Assembly (NCBI RefSeq): GCF_035084215.1
Contig: NC_090353.1
Location: 36,890,001-36,954,000, forward strand
DNA length: 64,000 nt
DNA from: Heptranchias perlo
Taxonomy: Eukaryota
Direction of reading: 5' to 3'
Below, piece after piece: positions 1 through 12,199 of this stretch; position 1 is the first letter of the stretch, and the number at the start of each line of letters is the position of its first letter. A model generated the notes under the pieces. The model made no database searches and was not told the origin of the DNA. It worked only from the letters and a program-made list of their open reading frames with translations. Both the position numbers and the translations under genes were made by a program.

Positions 1-504
1 CAGCTCCCCCGACACAACGCTCCCCATCACACTGCTCCCCCGGCACGCCGCTACCGTTACGCTGCTCCAATGTCACGTTGCCCCGTCACGCCGTTCCTAC
101 ATCATGCAGCCCTATGTCACGCCACTCCCCTAGCACACCGTTCCCATGTCAACATGAAATTGATGGGCAGAGCATTGACTGATCCATACATTTACTAGTC
201 GATGGGAGAAAACAATTCTTAACATTTTTGCCATGTCCCAAAGTTCAGTGATCACAGTTTGCATTAACATCATTCACTGTTTACAAGCTCCCACTTGGGA
301 CTCGGTGGTTCAATTTTGGGGTTATGCAATTGACGCAGATTTGGTTCTAAGCAAGTGTAAACAGAAGTACAGCTGGTGAAGCTCCTTCGGATATAATTGC
401 TGATTCGAAGGTTCACCCCGCCCTCCCAATCCGAGAGATTCTAAACCCTGATGCTCCACAGTCCCCTCCCCGGGCGATCGATGCAACTTGTCACAATCGC
501 TTAC

Positions 505-608
505 CATAAAACAGGGGGTCCTTGTGGGATTTTCCTCTGACGAGCAGGTACAGCACCAGCAATAGGCCGAAGAGGACACCAACACCAGAGGCAAACACCA
601 CCACAGGA
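505..608 (-). CDS. TM6SF2: TM6SF-family (likely TM6SF2) coding exon 2, 104 nt
   Basis: Pyrimidine-rich acceptor (ttttcattttgaag) and donor TATG|gtaagc. Phase-compatible with exon 1. Encodes hydrophobic (S)PVVVFASGVGVLFGLLLVLYLLVRGKSHKDPLFY, like TM6SF1/2 'DPL(F/Y)'. The rest of the gene lies off the window's left end. Confidence 0.85.
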
Positions 609-689
609 CTTCAAAATGAAAAGGAGAAAAGAACCAGTCACAGACAGTCCTGAGGGTCAGACGATAACTATCGGCAAAGATTGAACCGG

Positions 690-1790
690 CTGGGGCTTTG
701 TTCTCTAGAAAAGTCTGAGGGGAGACCTGATAGACGTCTTTAAGATTATGAAAGGGTTTGATGGGGTAGGCGTAGAGAGATGTTTCCATTTATGGGGGAG
801 TCCAAAACTCGGGGCCATAAATATAAGATAATCACTAATAAATCCATTAGGGAATTCAGGAGAAACTTCTTTACCCAGAGAGTGGTGAGAATGTGGAACT
901 CGCTCCCACAAGGAGTAGTTGAGGTGAATAGTGTAGATACATTTAAGGGGAAGCTCGATAAACACGAGGGAGAAAGGAATTGAAGGATATGCTGATAGGG
1001 TGAGATGAAGTAAGGAGGGAGGAGGCTTGCGTTGAGCATAAAGACCGGCATGGACCAGTTGGGCCGAATGGCTTGTTTTTGTGCTGTAAATTAAAATGTC
1101 ATTAAATGGGAAGGCAAATGGTATGTTGGCCTTCATTACAAGAGGATTTGAGTACAGGAGTAAAGATGTTTTACTGCAATCATATAGGGCCTTGGTGAGA
1201 ACGCACCTGGAGTATTGTGTACAATTTTGGTCTCCTTACCTAAGAAAGAATATACTTGCCATTGAGGGAGTGCAACGAAGGTTCACCAGACTGATTCCTG
1301 GGATGGCGGGATTGTCATATGAGGATAGACTGAGTTGACTAGGCCTGTATTCTCTAGAGTTTAGAAGAATGAGAGGTGATCTCATTAAAACACAAAATTC
1401 TTACAGGGCTCGACAGGGTAGATGCAGGATGTTTCCCCTGGCTGGGGAGTCTAGAACCAGGGTCACAGTCTCAGAGTAAAGGGTCGGCCATTTAAGACTG
1501 AGATGAGGAGAAATTTCTTCACTCAGAGGGTGAATCTTTGGAATTCTCTACCCCAGAGGGCTGTGGAGGCTCAGTCATTAAGTAAATTCAAAACAGAGAT
1601 CAATAGATTTCTAGATATCAAAGGTATCAAGGGATAGAACCGTAGAACCATATCTATGGTTTCAAGGGATATGGGGATGCTGCAGGAAAATGATGTTGAG
1701 GTAGAAGATCAGCCATGATCTGCTGAATGGCGGAGCAGGCTCGAGGGGTCGGACGGCCACCTCCTGTTCCTATTGCTTATGTTCTTATGT
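690..1790 (+). mobile_element. Two adjacent CR1-type LINE 3' fragments
   Basis: ORF2 C-terminal motifs (RPHLEYCVQFWSP, RRNFFTQRVV..WN) and typical 3' tails (ggccgaatggc.., ttcttatg repeats). Confidence 0.85.
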
Positions 1791-2829
1791 AATTTCAGCA
1801 GGAATCGAAATGGCCACAAAGATCAGCAAAAAAAGCAAAAATGTAGAGAACCAAGAATCATCAACTTATATTCACGTTTAAACCTTTCACAGGTTTGTGG
1901 AAACATTTAGAATCGTGCTTTCAGTTTACTGACAACAATGTTAAAAATCACAGAGGTTAGCCCCAGGCTGGAGTCAGACTGGTCTCTGTGGGGGGGGTCG
2001 GGGGTCGGGGTTAGCCCCAGGCTGCAGTGAGAACAGTCTCATTATAGACCATGCTGAACAAAAAGAGAAACTGCAAATCTGAGCTAAAGGTTTAAAGTCG
2101 AGACTGACATCAGAGTGCAAAGATTGAGTGTGACATCAGAGTGCAAAGATCGAGTGTGACATTAGAGTGCAAAGATTGAGTGTGACACTGCAGACCTGCT
2201 GATAAATGTATCTGGGCACATGGGGGGCACATGGAGAGATCGGGGATAAAAATGACCCAACTCTAACCAGCTACACAATGTAAATCTCTCACTGTTCCCC
2301 GGCACCCTGGTCTGTGTAATCTGCTCGTTCTTATGTCTGAATTTGAAGAACATTTTCTTCTAATGTCACATCTCTGATGTCAGATTCTATGTTCACCACT
2401 GATTTTAGACACTAAGTAAATTAAAATGTCATTAAATGTAACTTCAGCTTGTCATTAAGATTGAAGCCCGTGGAATAAAGGGGGCAGTAGCAGCATGGAT
2501 ACAGAATTGGCTAAATGACAGGAAGCAGTAGTGAACGGTTGTTTTTCGGACTGGAGGGAGGTGTACAGTGGTGTTCCCCAGGGGTCGGTGCTGGGACCAC
2601 TGCTTTTCTTGATATATATTAATTACCTGGAAATTTAATGCAGAAAAATGCGAAGTGATACATTTTGGTAGGAAGATCGAGGAGAGGCAATATAAACTAA
2701 AGGGCACAACTCTAAAAGGGGTACAGGAACAGAGAGATCTAGGGGTGTATGTGCACAAATCATTGAAGGTGGCAGGGCAGGTTGAGAAAGCGGTTAAAAA
2801 AGCATACGGGATCCTGGGCTTTATAAATA

Positions 2830-3332
2830 AGTGTTCTCCCTGTCGGGGAACACTTCAGCAGTCATGGACATTCAGCCACCGACCTTCGGGTAAGCGTACT
2901 CCAAGGCGGCCTTCGAGACACACGACAACGCAAAATCGTCGAGCAGAAATTGATAGCCAAGTTCCGCACCCATGAGGACGGCCTCAACCAGGATCTTGGG
3001 TTCATGTCACACTACACGTAACCCCACCAGCGAACAAATGTTATCTGTTTTTAATATAACGGGTCATTGACTGTCTTCCTTCTCTCTCTCTTTTTTTTTG
3101 GGGGGTTTGTATATTCGGTGGCCTTTTAGGTGACACCTTTCTGTCTGCTCACTGTGATTGCCTTGGCAACAGGCAGTAATCACCAGGCATTGTTCTGTGA
3201 TTTTCAAATGCGAAGGATTCGAAAATTTCATTTCCACACCGTTCACCTGACGAAGGAGGAAGCCTCCGAAAGCTTGTGGAATTTAAAATAAATTTGTTGG
3301 ACTATAACTTGGTGTTGTAAAATTGTTTACAA
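2830..3332 (+). mobile_element. Penelope-like element 3' fragment with 10-bp TSD
   Basis: End of a GIY-YIG-like ORF (EQKLIAKFRTHEDGLNQDLGFMSHY), then a pLTR-like segment with a hammerhead core. Flanked by direct repeat TTTATAAATA (2820-2829 and 3333-3342). Confidence 0.75.
3241..3281 (+). ncRNA. Minimal type I hammerhead ribozyme (Penelope-associated)
   Basis: ttcac-CTGACGA-a-GGAGG aag CCTCC-GAAA-GCTT-gtgga: conserved cores, stem II, palindromic AGCT stem III and stem I pairing. Confidence 0.7.
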
Positions 3333-4109
3333 TTTATAAATAGAGGCAGAGAGTACAAAAGTACGGAAGTCATGATGAACCTTTATAAAACACTGGTCCG
3401 GCCACAACTGGAGCATTGTGTCCAGTTCTGGGCACCGCACTTTAGGAAAGATGTGAAGGCCTTAGAGAGGGTGCAGAAGAAATTTACTAGAATGATTCCA
3501 GGGATGAGGGATTTCAGTTACGCAGATAGACTGGAGAAGCTGGGGTTGTTCTCCTTGGAACAGAGACGGTTGTGAGGAGATTTGATAGAGATACTCAAAA
3601 TCATGAAGGGTCCAGACAGGATAGAGAGAAACTGTTCCCATTGGTGGAAGGGTCAAGAACCAGAGGACACAGATTTAAGGTGATTGGCAAAAGAACCAAA
3701 GGTGATATGAGGAAAAACTTTTTTACACAGCGAGTGGTTAGGATCTGGAATGCACTGCCCGAGGAAGTGGCGGAGGCAGATTCAATCATGGCCTTCAAAA
3801 GGGAACTGGATAAGCACTTGAAAGGAAAAAAATTGCAGGGCTACGGGGAAAGGGCGGGGGAGCGGTACTAGCTGGATTGGTCTTGCATAGAGCTGGCGCG
3901 GACTCGATGGGCCGAATGGCCTCCTTCCGTGCTGTAACCATTCTATGATTCTACTAGGCACCCTGTATAACCTGCGGTCGCCTCACCTCGATAATCTGCT
4001 GTGACACAAGTTCAACCTCCTCTGATCTCGACAGTCTGTTTGGCACAAAGAGACTTTTCCACAGTTGTCTATTTCTCTTTTCTTCTCCCCTCCTCTCCTG
4101 AAGGTGCTG

Positions 4110-4405
4110 TACAGTGACAGACCCTGTACCCCCCAATACTGTACCCCAGTGTTATACAGTGACAGACCCTGTACCCCCCCAATACTGTACCCCAGTGTTA
4201 TACAGTGACAGACCCTGTACCCCCCAATACTGTACCCCAGTGTTATACAGTGACAGACCTGTACCCACCAGTACTGTACCACAGTGTTATACAGTGACAG
4301 ACCCTGTACCCCCCAATACTGTACCCCAGTGTTATAGTGACAGACCCTGTACCCCCACCCCCCCCCCCCCCCCCGTACTGTACCCCAGTGTTATACAGTA
4401 ACTGA
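4110..4405 (+). repeat. ~46-47-bp minisatellite (acagtgacagacc(c)tgtaccc..tactgtaccccagtgttat)
   Basis: About 6 tandem units; same family at 25015-25490, 33785-34450 and 54210-54395. Confidence 0.9.
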
Positions 4406-4572
4406 CCTGATTCAAACCCTTACACACACTCATACTAAGACCCTTACACACTTAGACTCACACTCAGACTGACTCGCAGACCCTTAGACACTCAGGCTCA
4501 CACTAACTCACAGATCTTACACACTCAGACTGGCTCACAGACCATTACACACTCAGGCTCAAACTCTCTCAC

Positions 4573-4664
4573 CTCTCCATGGCCGACACCCTGTTCAGCA
4601 GGTATGAGATGGGGATCGCGGTCAGAGACAGGAGAAATCCCGCGGCTCCGGCGGCCAAGTCCAT
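4573..4664 (-). CDS. TM6SF2: TM6SF-family (likely TM6SF2) coding exon 1, 92 nt
   Basis: AGCATGG start in a CpG-rich context. MDLAAGAAGFLLSLTAIPISYLLNRVSAME resembles the TM6SF1/2 N-terminus (LSLSAIPVSY..N). Donor AG|gtgaga. TM6SF2 rather than TM6SF1 is inferred from its position just downstream of SUGP1 on the same strand, as recalled for human. Confidence 0.85.
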
Positions 4665-4774
4665 GCTCGCTGCTTCTGAGAGTGGCGGCGGCGGCGGGTC
4701 CCGGGGGCTGGAGCTCGGCTGTTCCGGGTTCCTGTCGCTGTTATTCCGCTGTCGGTTTGACGAAGGCAGAAACT

Positions 4775-4812
4775 GAGAGGAGGCAAAGGTCGCGGATCAT
4801 TAATATGGAGAG
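4775..4812. promoter_or_regulatory. Putative TM6SF2 proximal promoter elements (HNF4/DR1-like GAGGCAAAGGTCG; HNF1-like half site)
   Basis: Motif resemblance only, ~115-145 nt upstream of the ATG. Confidence 0.3.
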
Positions 4813-4829
4813 AGAGAGAGAGAGAGATA

Positions 4830-6625
4830 GCAGCCCCGGGGAGACAGGACCCAGTCCCGGGGGGTGGGGGAGACACAAGACCCAGTCCCGGGGGGTGGGG
4901 GGAGACACAAGACCCAGTCCCGGGGGGTGGGGGGGAGACACAAGACCCAGTCCCGGGGGTGGGGGAGACACAAGACCCAGTCCCGGGGTGTGGGGGGGAG
5001 ACACAAGACCCAACCCCGAGGGGTGGGGGGAGACACGAGACCCAGTCCCGGGGGGTGGGGGGAGAGACGAGACCCAGCCCCGGGGGGTGGGGGGAGAGAC
5101 GAGACCCAGTCCCGGGGGGTGGGGGGAGAGACGAGACCCAGTCCCGGGGGGTGGGGGGAGAGACAAGACCCAGTCCCGGGGGGTGGGGGGAGAGACAAGA
5201 CCCAGTCCCGGGGGGTGGGGGGAGAGACAAGACCCAGTCCCGGGGGGTGGGGGGAGAGACAAGACCCAGTCCCGGGGGGTGGGGGGAGAGACAAGACCCA
5301 GTCCCGGGGGTGGGGGGAGAGACAAGACCCAGTCCCGGGGGGTGGGGGGAGAGACAAGACCCAGTCCCGGGGGGTGGGGGGAGAGACAAGACCCAGTCCC
5401 GGGGGGTGGGGGGAGAGACAAGACCCAGTCCCGGGGGGTGGGGGGAGAGACAAGACCCAGTCCCGGGGGGTGGGGGGAGAGACAAGACCCAGTCCCGGGG
5501 GGTGGGGGGAGAGACAAGACCCAGTCCCGGGGGGTGGGGGGAGAGACAAGACCCAGTCCCGGGGGGTGGGGGGAGAGACAAGACCCAGTCCCGGGGGGTG
5601 GGGGGAGAGACAAGACCCAGTCCCGGGGGGTGGGGGGAGAGACAAGACCCAGTCCCGGGGGGTGGGGGGAGAGACAAGACCCAGTCCCGGGGGGTGGGGG
5701 GAGAGACAAGACCCAGTCCCGGGGGGTGGGGGGAGAGACAAGAACCAGCCCCGGGGGGTGGGGGGAGAGACAAGACCCAGCCCCGGGGGGTGGGGGGAGA
5801 GACAAGACACAGCCCCGGTGGGTGGGGGGAGACACAAGACCCAGTCCCGGGGGGTGGGGGGAGAGACAAGACCCAGTCCCGGGGGGTGGGGGGAGAGACA
5901 AGACCCAGTCCCGGGGGGTGGGGGGAGAGACAAGACCCAGTCCCGGGGGGTGGGGGGAGAGACAAGACCCAGTCCCGGGGGGTGGGGGGAGAGACAAGAC
6001 CCAGCCCCGGTGGGTGGGGGGAGACACAAGACCCAACCCCGGGGGGTGGAGGGAGAGACAAGACCCAGTCCCGGGGGGTGGGGGGAGAGACAAGACCCAG
6101 TCCCGGGGGGTGGGGGGAGAGACAAGACCCAGTCCCGGGGGGTGGGGGGAGAGACAAGACCCAGTCCCGGGGGGTGGGGGGAGAGACAAGACCCAGTCCC
6201 GGGGGGTGGGGGGGAGAGACAAGACCCAGTCCCAGGGGGTGGGGGGAGAGACAAGACCCAGTCCCGGGGGGTGGGGGGAGAGACAAGACCCAGTCCCGGG
6301 GGGTGGGGGGAGAGACAAGACCCAGTCCCGGGGGATGGGGGAGAGACAAGACCCAGTCCCGGGGGGGTGGGGGGAGAGACAAGACCCAGTCCCGGGGGGT
6401 GGGGGGGGGCGACACAAGACCCAGCCCCGGGGGATGGGGGAGAGACAAGACCCAGTCCCGGGGGGTGGGGGGAGAGACAAGACCCAGTCCCGGGGGGTGG
6501 GGGGAGAGACAAGACCCAGTCCCGGGGGGGTGGGGGGAGAGACAAGACCCAGCCCCGGGGGGTGGGGGGGGGAGACACAAGACCCAGCCCCGGGGGGTGG
6601 GGGGAGAGACAAGTCCCAGTCCCGG
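4830..6625 (+). repeat. ~31-bp G-rich minisatellite (cccggggggtggggggagagacaagacccagt), ~1.8 kb
   Basis: Near-perfect tandem array. It explains the spurious 560-680 aa ORFs in all six frames. Confidence 0.95.
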
Positions 6626-7154
6626 ACAGTCAAGAATCACCCAATCGGGTAATTAAGAGTCTATTCGCTGTCCAATTGGCCATGGGGTCAGGGCATCACC
6701 ATGATGGACATGTGGGGTGACCAATGGTTGGAGTGTGGGGGCGGGGCAGTAGGAGGCAAGAGCTCATGTGATGAAACCTTCAGGACTACCTCCAACTAGA
6801 ATTGGCAATCCCTAAACCAGGGCGTTCCCAGGATCACTCCTGATCTGCCCGAGGTTAGCTGATGGCAGCCAAAGTAGCAGTATTGGTACTGTAGTTGGCC
6901 TCAGTGCCGCTTGGTCGGGTTGGGGGTAAAGAGTCAGGGTTCCTGCTCCTGGTCACTATCCAGTGAACCCGTGCATGAGCGGACGACAGCGAGGGCATGA
7001 TTCATCCCAGCTGTGTTGCCCCCCAAGATCCAATAACCTGCCAACTTTATACTGTACTGCCGGATAAATGGGTGGTTCCAGACATTGGTCGGGCCATATT
7101 TAGAATAGGGTGTCCAATCGTGGCGTCTCCCCACTGCCCCCAAGCTGAGAAAGA

Positions 7155-7620
7155 ATAACGACTTGCACTTTTATAGCACCTTTTAAACCTCAAGATTTCC
7201 CAAAGTGCTTCACAGCCAAAGTTGTACTTTTTCTTGAAGTGTGGTCGCTGTTGTAATGTAGGAAACACGGCAGCCAATTTGCGCACAGCAAGAGCCCACA
7301 AACAGCAATGAGATAATGACCAGATAATCTGTTCTTGGTGATGTTGGTTGAGGGATAATTGGCCAGGACACCGGGGAGAACTCCCCTGCACTTCTTCGAA
7401 ATATTGTCGTGGGATCTTTTACATCCACCTGAGGGGACAGACGGGGCCCTTGGTTTAATGTCTCATTGAAAAGACAGCACCTCTGACACTGCAGCACTCC
7501 GCTTCAGTACTGCACTGGAATGTCAGCCTGGATTATGTGTTCAAGTCTTTGGAGTGAGGGCTTGAACCCACAACCTTCTGACTCAGAGGCGAGGGTGCTG
7601 CCCACTGAGCCACGGATAAC
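7155..7620 (-). mobile_element. Deu-domain tRNA-derived SINE (SacSINE1/AmnSINE-like), near full length
   Basis: tRNA-like head (ggttcaagccc), Deu core (gatgtaaaagatcc..ggagttctccccggtgtcctggccaa..tgctgtgcgcaaattggctgcc), tail ctataaaagtgcaagt. Confidence 0.75.
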
Positions 7621-7788
7621 ACTCTGCGATCAGTGTCGGGTTAGCCAAGATCACCGAACCCAACACAGCCCCAGGAATCGAAGCTGGACTTTCTCATCTC
7701 TGTTCAGTTACACAGTGCCCATTGGGGAAGCTGCAAAACAGCCATCCTTAACAAAAAAAGGACTCACATGATGTTTATAATTAATAAA

Positions 7789-7794
7789 TTTATT
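7789..7794 (-). terminator. SUGP1 polyadenylation signal AATAAA
   Basis: tttatt on the + strand ~740 nt downstream of the SUGP1 stop. Confidence 0.6.
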
Positions 7795-8534
7795 TAAGCA
7801 CAAACATGCAACTGTTCTACATTTTTCACGAAAATGTTTGAATGACCTTCTACTAGAGATTAAAAGGTTACTGAGCAACTATCAGAGATGTCCAAAATGG
7901 TTGAGATTTCACCTGCCGGTCCTCGGGCTCAGTAACCTCCTCAGGATTCTCTCTCTGTTTAAAAGCAGCGAGATGTTTGTCACAGGGAAGGCAAAGAATT
8001 CCTCACTCAGCGACTGGACCAGGAAATACAAGATCAGAGTGAGTCGCACTGCAGTTTACTCTCACAGCTGAATCTCCACGGGTGGGGGAGGGTGGGGTGG
8101 AGGGTGGTGGGGGGGGTGAAGGGGGCTGGACTGCGCTTCCCCCTCCTCCCCACTGTACCAGGACTCCCACTGTTAACTCTTCCAGCCCTTTGCCGCTCGC
8201 TGCGAGATTCAGGACTCTCTCGATCAGCTGGGAGCGGAACGAGGCGTTCAAAACTCATTTCATTTCGGGATTTCTTTTTTCTCTGTACAGTCCTCGTTCC
8301 TGTGTGGCGAGGGATGGGGTCCCTTCGAGACTAGAAACGAAATTGGGAGGAACGTAGCCTAATAGCAGTGGTACAGAAAGTTCCAGCACTGTTTATCAGG
8401 GAAATCCAACCCTTGAGTTCATCCCTCGCAAGCACATTCAACCCATCACTGTGCTCTCCAAGAACCAAACTAAACATCACAGCCAAGGATTTAATGTTAA
8501 AGTCTCTTTACAGCTCTGTGTGAAGTGTTGGGGG

Positions 8535-8561
8535 TCAGTAATAAGGCCTCCTAGGATTGTT
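8535..8561 (-). CDS. SUGP1: SUGP1 exon 14 (NNPRRPYY*)
   Basis: tttcag acceptor; hallmark SUGP1 C-terminus; TGA at 8535-8537. Confidence 0.95.
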   Translation of the reverse strand, partial: NNPRRPYY

Positions 8562-8764
8562 CTGAAACAAAGGAAAGATCAGCGTTACTTCATCCGAACA
8601 TACAAACATGACAGGCAGGAAAAGACCAGCTGGTCCATCAAGCCTGTCCCGCACCTCATGATGCATGGAGCATCATAACCAGACACTTCCTCCCTCTCTC
8701 CTCTCCCCCCGCAATCATGTAATCTCCCGGGAAAGGCAACAATAAGGGCCAGAACTGACAGGAT

Positions 8765-9210
8765 ATCCTTATCAGGAAAGGCTGAGCAGGCTGGGGCTCT
8801 TTTCTCTAGAATAAAGGCGGCTAAGGGGTGACCTGATAGAGGTCTTTAAGATTATGAAACTGTTTGATAGGGTAGACGTAGAGAAGATGTTTCCACTTGT
8901 GGGGCAGACCAGAACTAGAGGTCATAAGTATAAGATAGTCACTAATAAATCCAATAGGGAATTCAGGAGAAACTTCTTTACCCAGAGAGTGGTGAGAATG
9001 TGGAACTCACTGCCACAAGGAGTAGTTGAGGTGAATAGTGTAGATACATTTAAGGGGAAGCTAGATAAACACATGAGGGAGAAAGGAATAGAAGGATATG
9101 CTGATAGGGTGAGATGAAGTAGGGAGGGAGGAGGCTCATGTGGAGCATAAACACCAGCACAGACCAGTTGGGCCGAATGGCCTGTTTCTGTGCTGTAGTT
9201 TCGATGTAAC
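8765..9210 (+). mobile_element. CR1 LINE 3' fragment
   Basis: MFPLVGQTRTRGHKYKI..RRNFFTQRVVRMWN plus 3' tail. Confidence 0.85.
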
Positions 9211-10065
9211 TCCATGTAAGGGGGGAATAAAAATCTGAAAAAGGCTCAAGTCGGCAGTGTGATGGAAAACTCAAAAATCTCGACATTTTCCAGGACAGAG
9301 CAATCACTTGATTGGTACTGCTGCCTCTGGACTCAATAACCACCCCCTCCATCATTAGTGTGTGTACACTCTACAGGATGCACTGCAGCAACTCACCAAG
9401 CTTACTTTGACAGCATCTCCCTCCCCTGTGACCTCTACCACTGAGCAGGACAAGAGCAGCAAAGCGGTGGGAACACCATCATCACCAAGCTCCCCTCCAA
9501 GTCACACACCATCCTGACTTGGACATATACCGGCCGTTCTTTCATCGTCACTGGGCCAATATCCTGGAACTCCCTCCCTAACACACCAGATTTTATCCTA
9601 GCTGGTTTCACCTCAAATTTAACCCAAAGATCAGGTGGTCTAACTGCAGTGCAGGACATCACCAAGGTTGAAAGGTATAGGAGAGAAGGCCAGGCAGATG
9701 AGGAAGCGATAGGTGGGTGGCCCCAAACCTGGGTTTAAATAGCCTGTAGATTATAGGAGAAAGGGAGGATGGAGAGAAGGGAGGAGTTCCAATTTTTACA
9801 TCCAGAGAAGGAATGAGATAGAGTAGGAGACGTCGCAACGAGTCTTGATTTCAACACAGTGAGGACGGAGGGAGGAGGAAGAATATTCTCCAACAGCGCA
9901 AATCAAAGATCTGAAATCCAACAAAGTCTAAGGTCTTTACGGAGGAGAGAAAGTTCTCGGACGATCTGAACAAATTCTGTAAAGTCGGAGCTTTGCATAC
10001 ACAGAGCGCCAAACATCGAGACCCCCCCCAGAGCCCCTCACCCTTCTCCGCCCCTTGTCACCTAC

Positions 10066-10195
10066 CAGCGGGTTGGGCCTGAACCTGTAGGCCAGCATCA
10101 TCCGCTTACGGAATGCCTCGTATTCGTCATCGTCCTTATTCAGCTCTGCCGGGCGATCGATACCAAACCCGGCTCCATCCACCGCCGTGGTGCCT
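10066..10195 (-). CDS. SUGP1: SUGP1 exon 13 ([27 protein letters not shown])
   Basis: 130 nt, AG/GT boundaries, frame-continuous. Confidence 0.95.
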
Positions 10196-10904
10196 CTGTG
10201 CAGATAAGAAAAATAAAATACCATCACCAAAAGACTTATATGTATATATAATGCTTTATCATCTTTCCCCCTGGCGAGGGACTTCAGTTATGTGGAGAGA
10301 CTGGAGAAGCTGGGATTGTTCTCCTTAGAGCAGAGAAGGTTAAAGGGAGATTTAATTGAGGTGTTCAAAATCATGTAGGGGTTTTGACAGAGTAAATAAG
10401 GAAAAACTGTTTCCACTGGCAGAACGGTTGGTAACCAGAGGACACTCATTTAAGGTGATTGATCGGGAATGAGCTGCCTGAAAGGGCGGTGGAAGCAGGT
10501 TCAATAATAACTTTCAAAAGGGACTTAGATAAATACTTGAAAAGGAAGAATTTCCAGGGCTATGGGGAAAGAGAAGGGGAGTGGGAGTGGATAGCCGGCA
10601 CAGGCATGATGGGCCGAATGGCCTCCTTCTGTGCTATATGATGAGTCTTTGATTCTCCAAAATGTGACTGTTATGTAGCAAGGACAGCAGCCACTGAATA
10701 CAGCAAGATCCCACAATACCAACAGAATGAACGACCAGTTAAACTGTTTTTGGTGCTGTTGGTTGAGGGAAGAATTTTGACCAGGACTCTGGGAGAACTC
10801 CCTTGCTCTTCTTCAAATGGCGCTGTGGGATCATGAACATCCACCTGGGCCCCTGGAGTAGGCAGACAGGGCCTCGATTTCACGTCTTGTGGAAGACAGC
10901 ATCT

Positions 10905-11135
10905 CTGACAGTGCAGCACTCCCTCAGTACTGACCCTCCGACAGTGCGGCGCTCCCTCCCTCAGTACTGACCCTCCGACAGTGCGGCGCTCCCTCAGTAC
11001 TGACCCTCCGACAGTGCGGCGCTCCCTCAGTACTGACACTCCGACAGTGCGGCGCTCCCTCAGTACTGACACTCCGACAGTGCGGCGCTCCCTCAGTACT
11101 GACACTCCGACAGTGCGGCGCTCCCTCAGTACTGT
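10905..11135 (+). repeat. 33-bp minisatellite (cagtgcggcgctccctcagtactgaccctccga) inside a Deu-SINE copy
   Basis: About 6 units contiguous with SINE sequence at 10660-10905. Confidence 0.85.
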
Positions 11136-11925
11136 CCTTGAGCCTACATGATGTTCTGGAGTAGGGCTTGAGCCTCCTGATGGACTGTAGATTTTGAGCT
11201 TATTGGCTCGGTACTTCACAGTCCCAGTGGAAGAGGTCAGAACTCTTAGGGCCTGGAATAAAACCGAGGCCCAGAGGTATAGCCATTAAGATTCTTGGCC
11301 TGAGGGATGATAATTACTACCACCAGCTACACGACCTGGTGATTGAGCAGCTAACTCCTAATCACTCTTCATTGGCCCCCTGCTGAAAAAGTACCAATAC
11401 GTGGGCATCCTATGGGGGTGGAGGGGGAAGAGGAGAGGGATTGGTGGGGTGGGGGAGGGATGGGAGGGGAAAGGAAGGAGGGGGGGACAGGATTGGGACT
11501 GGCTGTGATGCCCTCCCCACCCCCCCCCCCCTCCCATGTTCAAACTGCCAGTTGACACGTATGTTCAAGTTAGGAAGGAAGAAATGCAGGAACAGGAAAT
11601 GGCTGTTCAGCCGCCCGAGCCTGATCTGTACCTTACCTCCATCTATCCGCACGCAAAGGAATGGCCATTCGGGTGAGATACAGGAGGGGCTGCTGGTACA
11701 AATCCGTGCCTTTGGAGGAGGGTAAAGTGACTACTTGCTTTCCTCCCCTTTAAAAATTATGTCGCGGGGCACTTCCAAAACACGTACAAGGATATGAGGA
11801 CTGCTGTTCGCAGAACAGGTGCACAGGCATCTCATAGCTCAGCCTCGGTCCCCTCCTCAGGACTGGCATTCAAACTCACGTTACCATACAGATTTATTTC
11901 ATAGATCAGAGCCTCGGTTCCGTAC

Positions 11926-12071
11926 CTGGGCACGGGAGCTTTGATGCCTTGTCCCTCAGAGCCTAGTCCATCGCCCTCTTTCCAGCCCATTTTCATCAGC
12001 ATCTGGTAGCCAATGTTCTCCACAGTTATTTTGAAGTCCTTGTAGTCCGAGTAATCGGGCTCTCTGCCTTC
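11926..12071 (-). CDS. SUGP1: SUGP1 exon 12, G-patch ([30 protein letters not shown])
   Basis: 146 nt, canonical G-patch motif, AG/GT boundaries. Confidence 0.95.
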
Positions 12072-12199
12072 CTGTGGGAGACAAACAAGAGAGTGTTGAA
12101 GCAGTTGCGGGGGAGGAGGGCAAGTGAGTGTGTACGCATGTGTGGCCAGTATACTTGTGATCCTTATGGGTGACTGTATACAATCACACACTAGAGGGT

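Larger units (their letters stand above)
2445..3955 (+). mobile_element. CR1 LINE fragment (RT C-terminal half plus 3' tail) interrupted by a Penelope insertion
   Basis: [10 protein letters not shown]-like RT motif at ~2570-2600; CR1 C-terminal ORFs at 3372-3871; sequence continues across 2830-3332. Confidence 0.85.

Noticed and set aside
322-789. 155-aa minus-strand ORF
   Set aside because: It crosses TM6SF2 exon 2 in the wrong frame plus CR1 sequence; the real coding frame is defined by the splice sites at 505-608.
4604-6720. Six overlapping 565-682 aa ORFs
   Set aside because: Stop-free translations of the ~31-bp minisatellite in all frames; no evidence of coding function.
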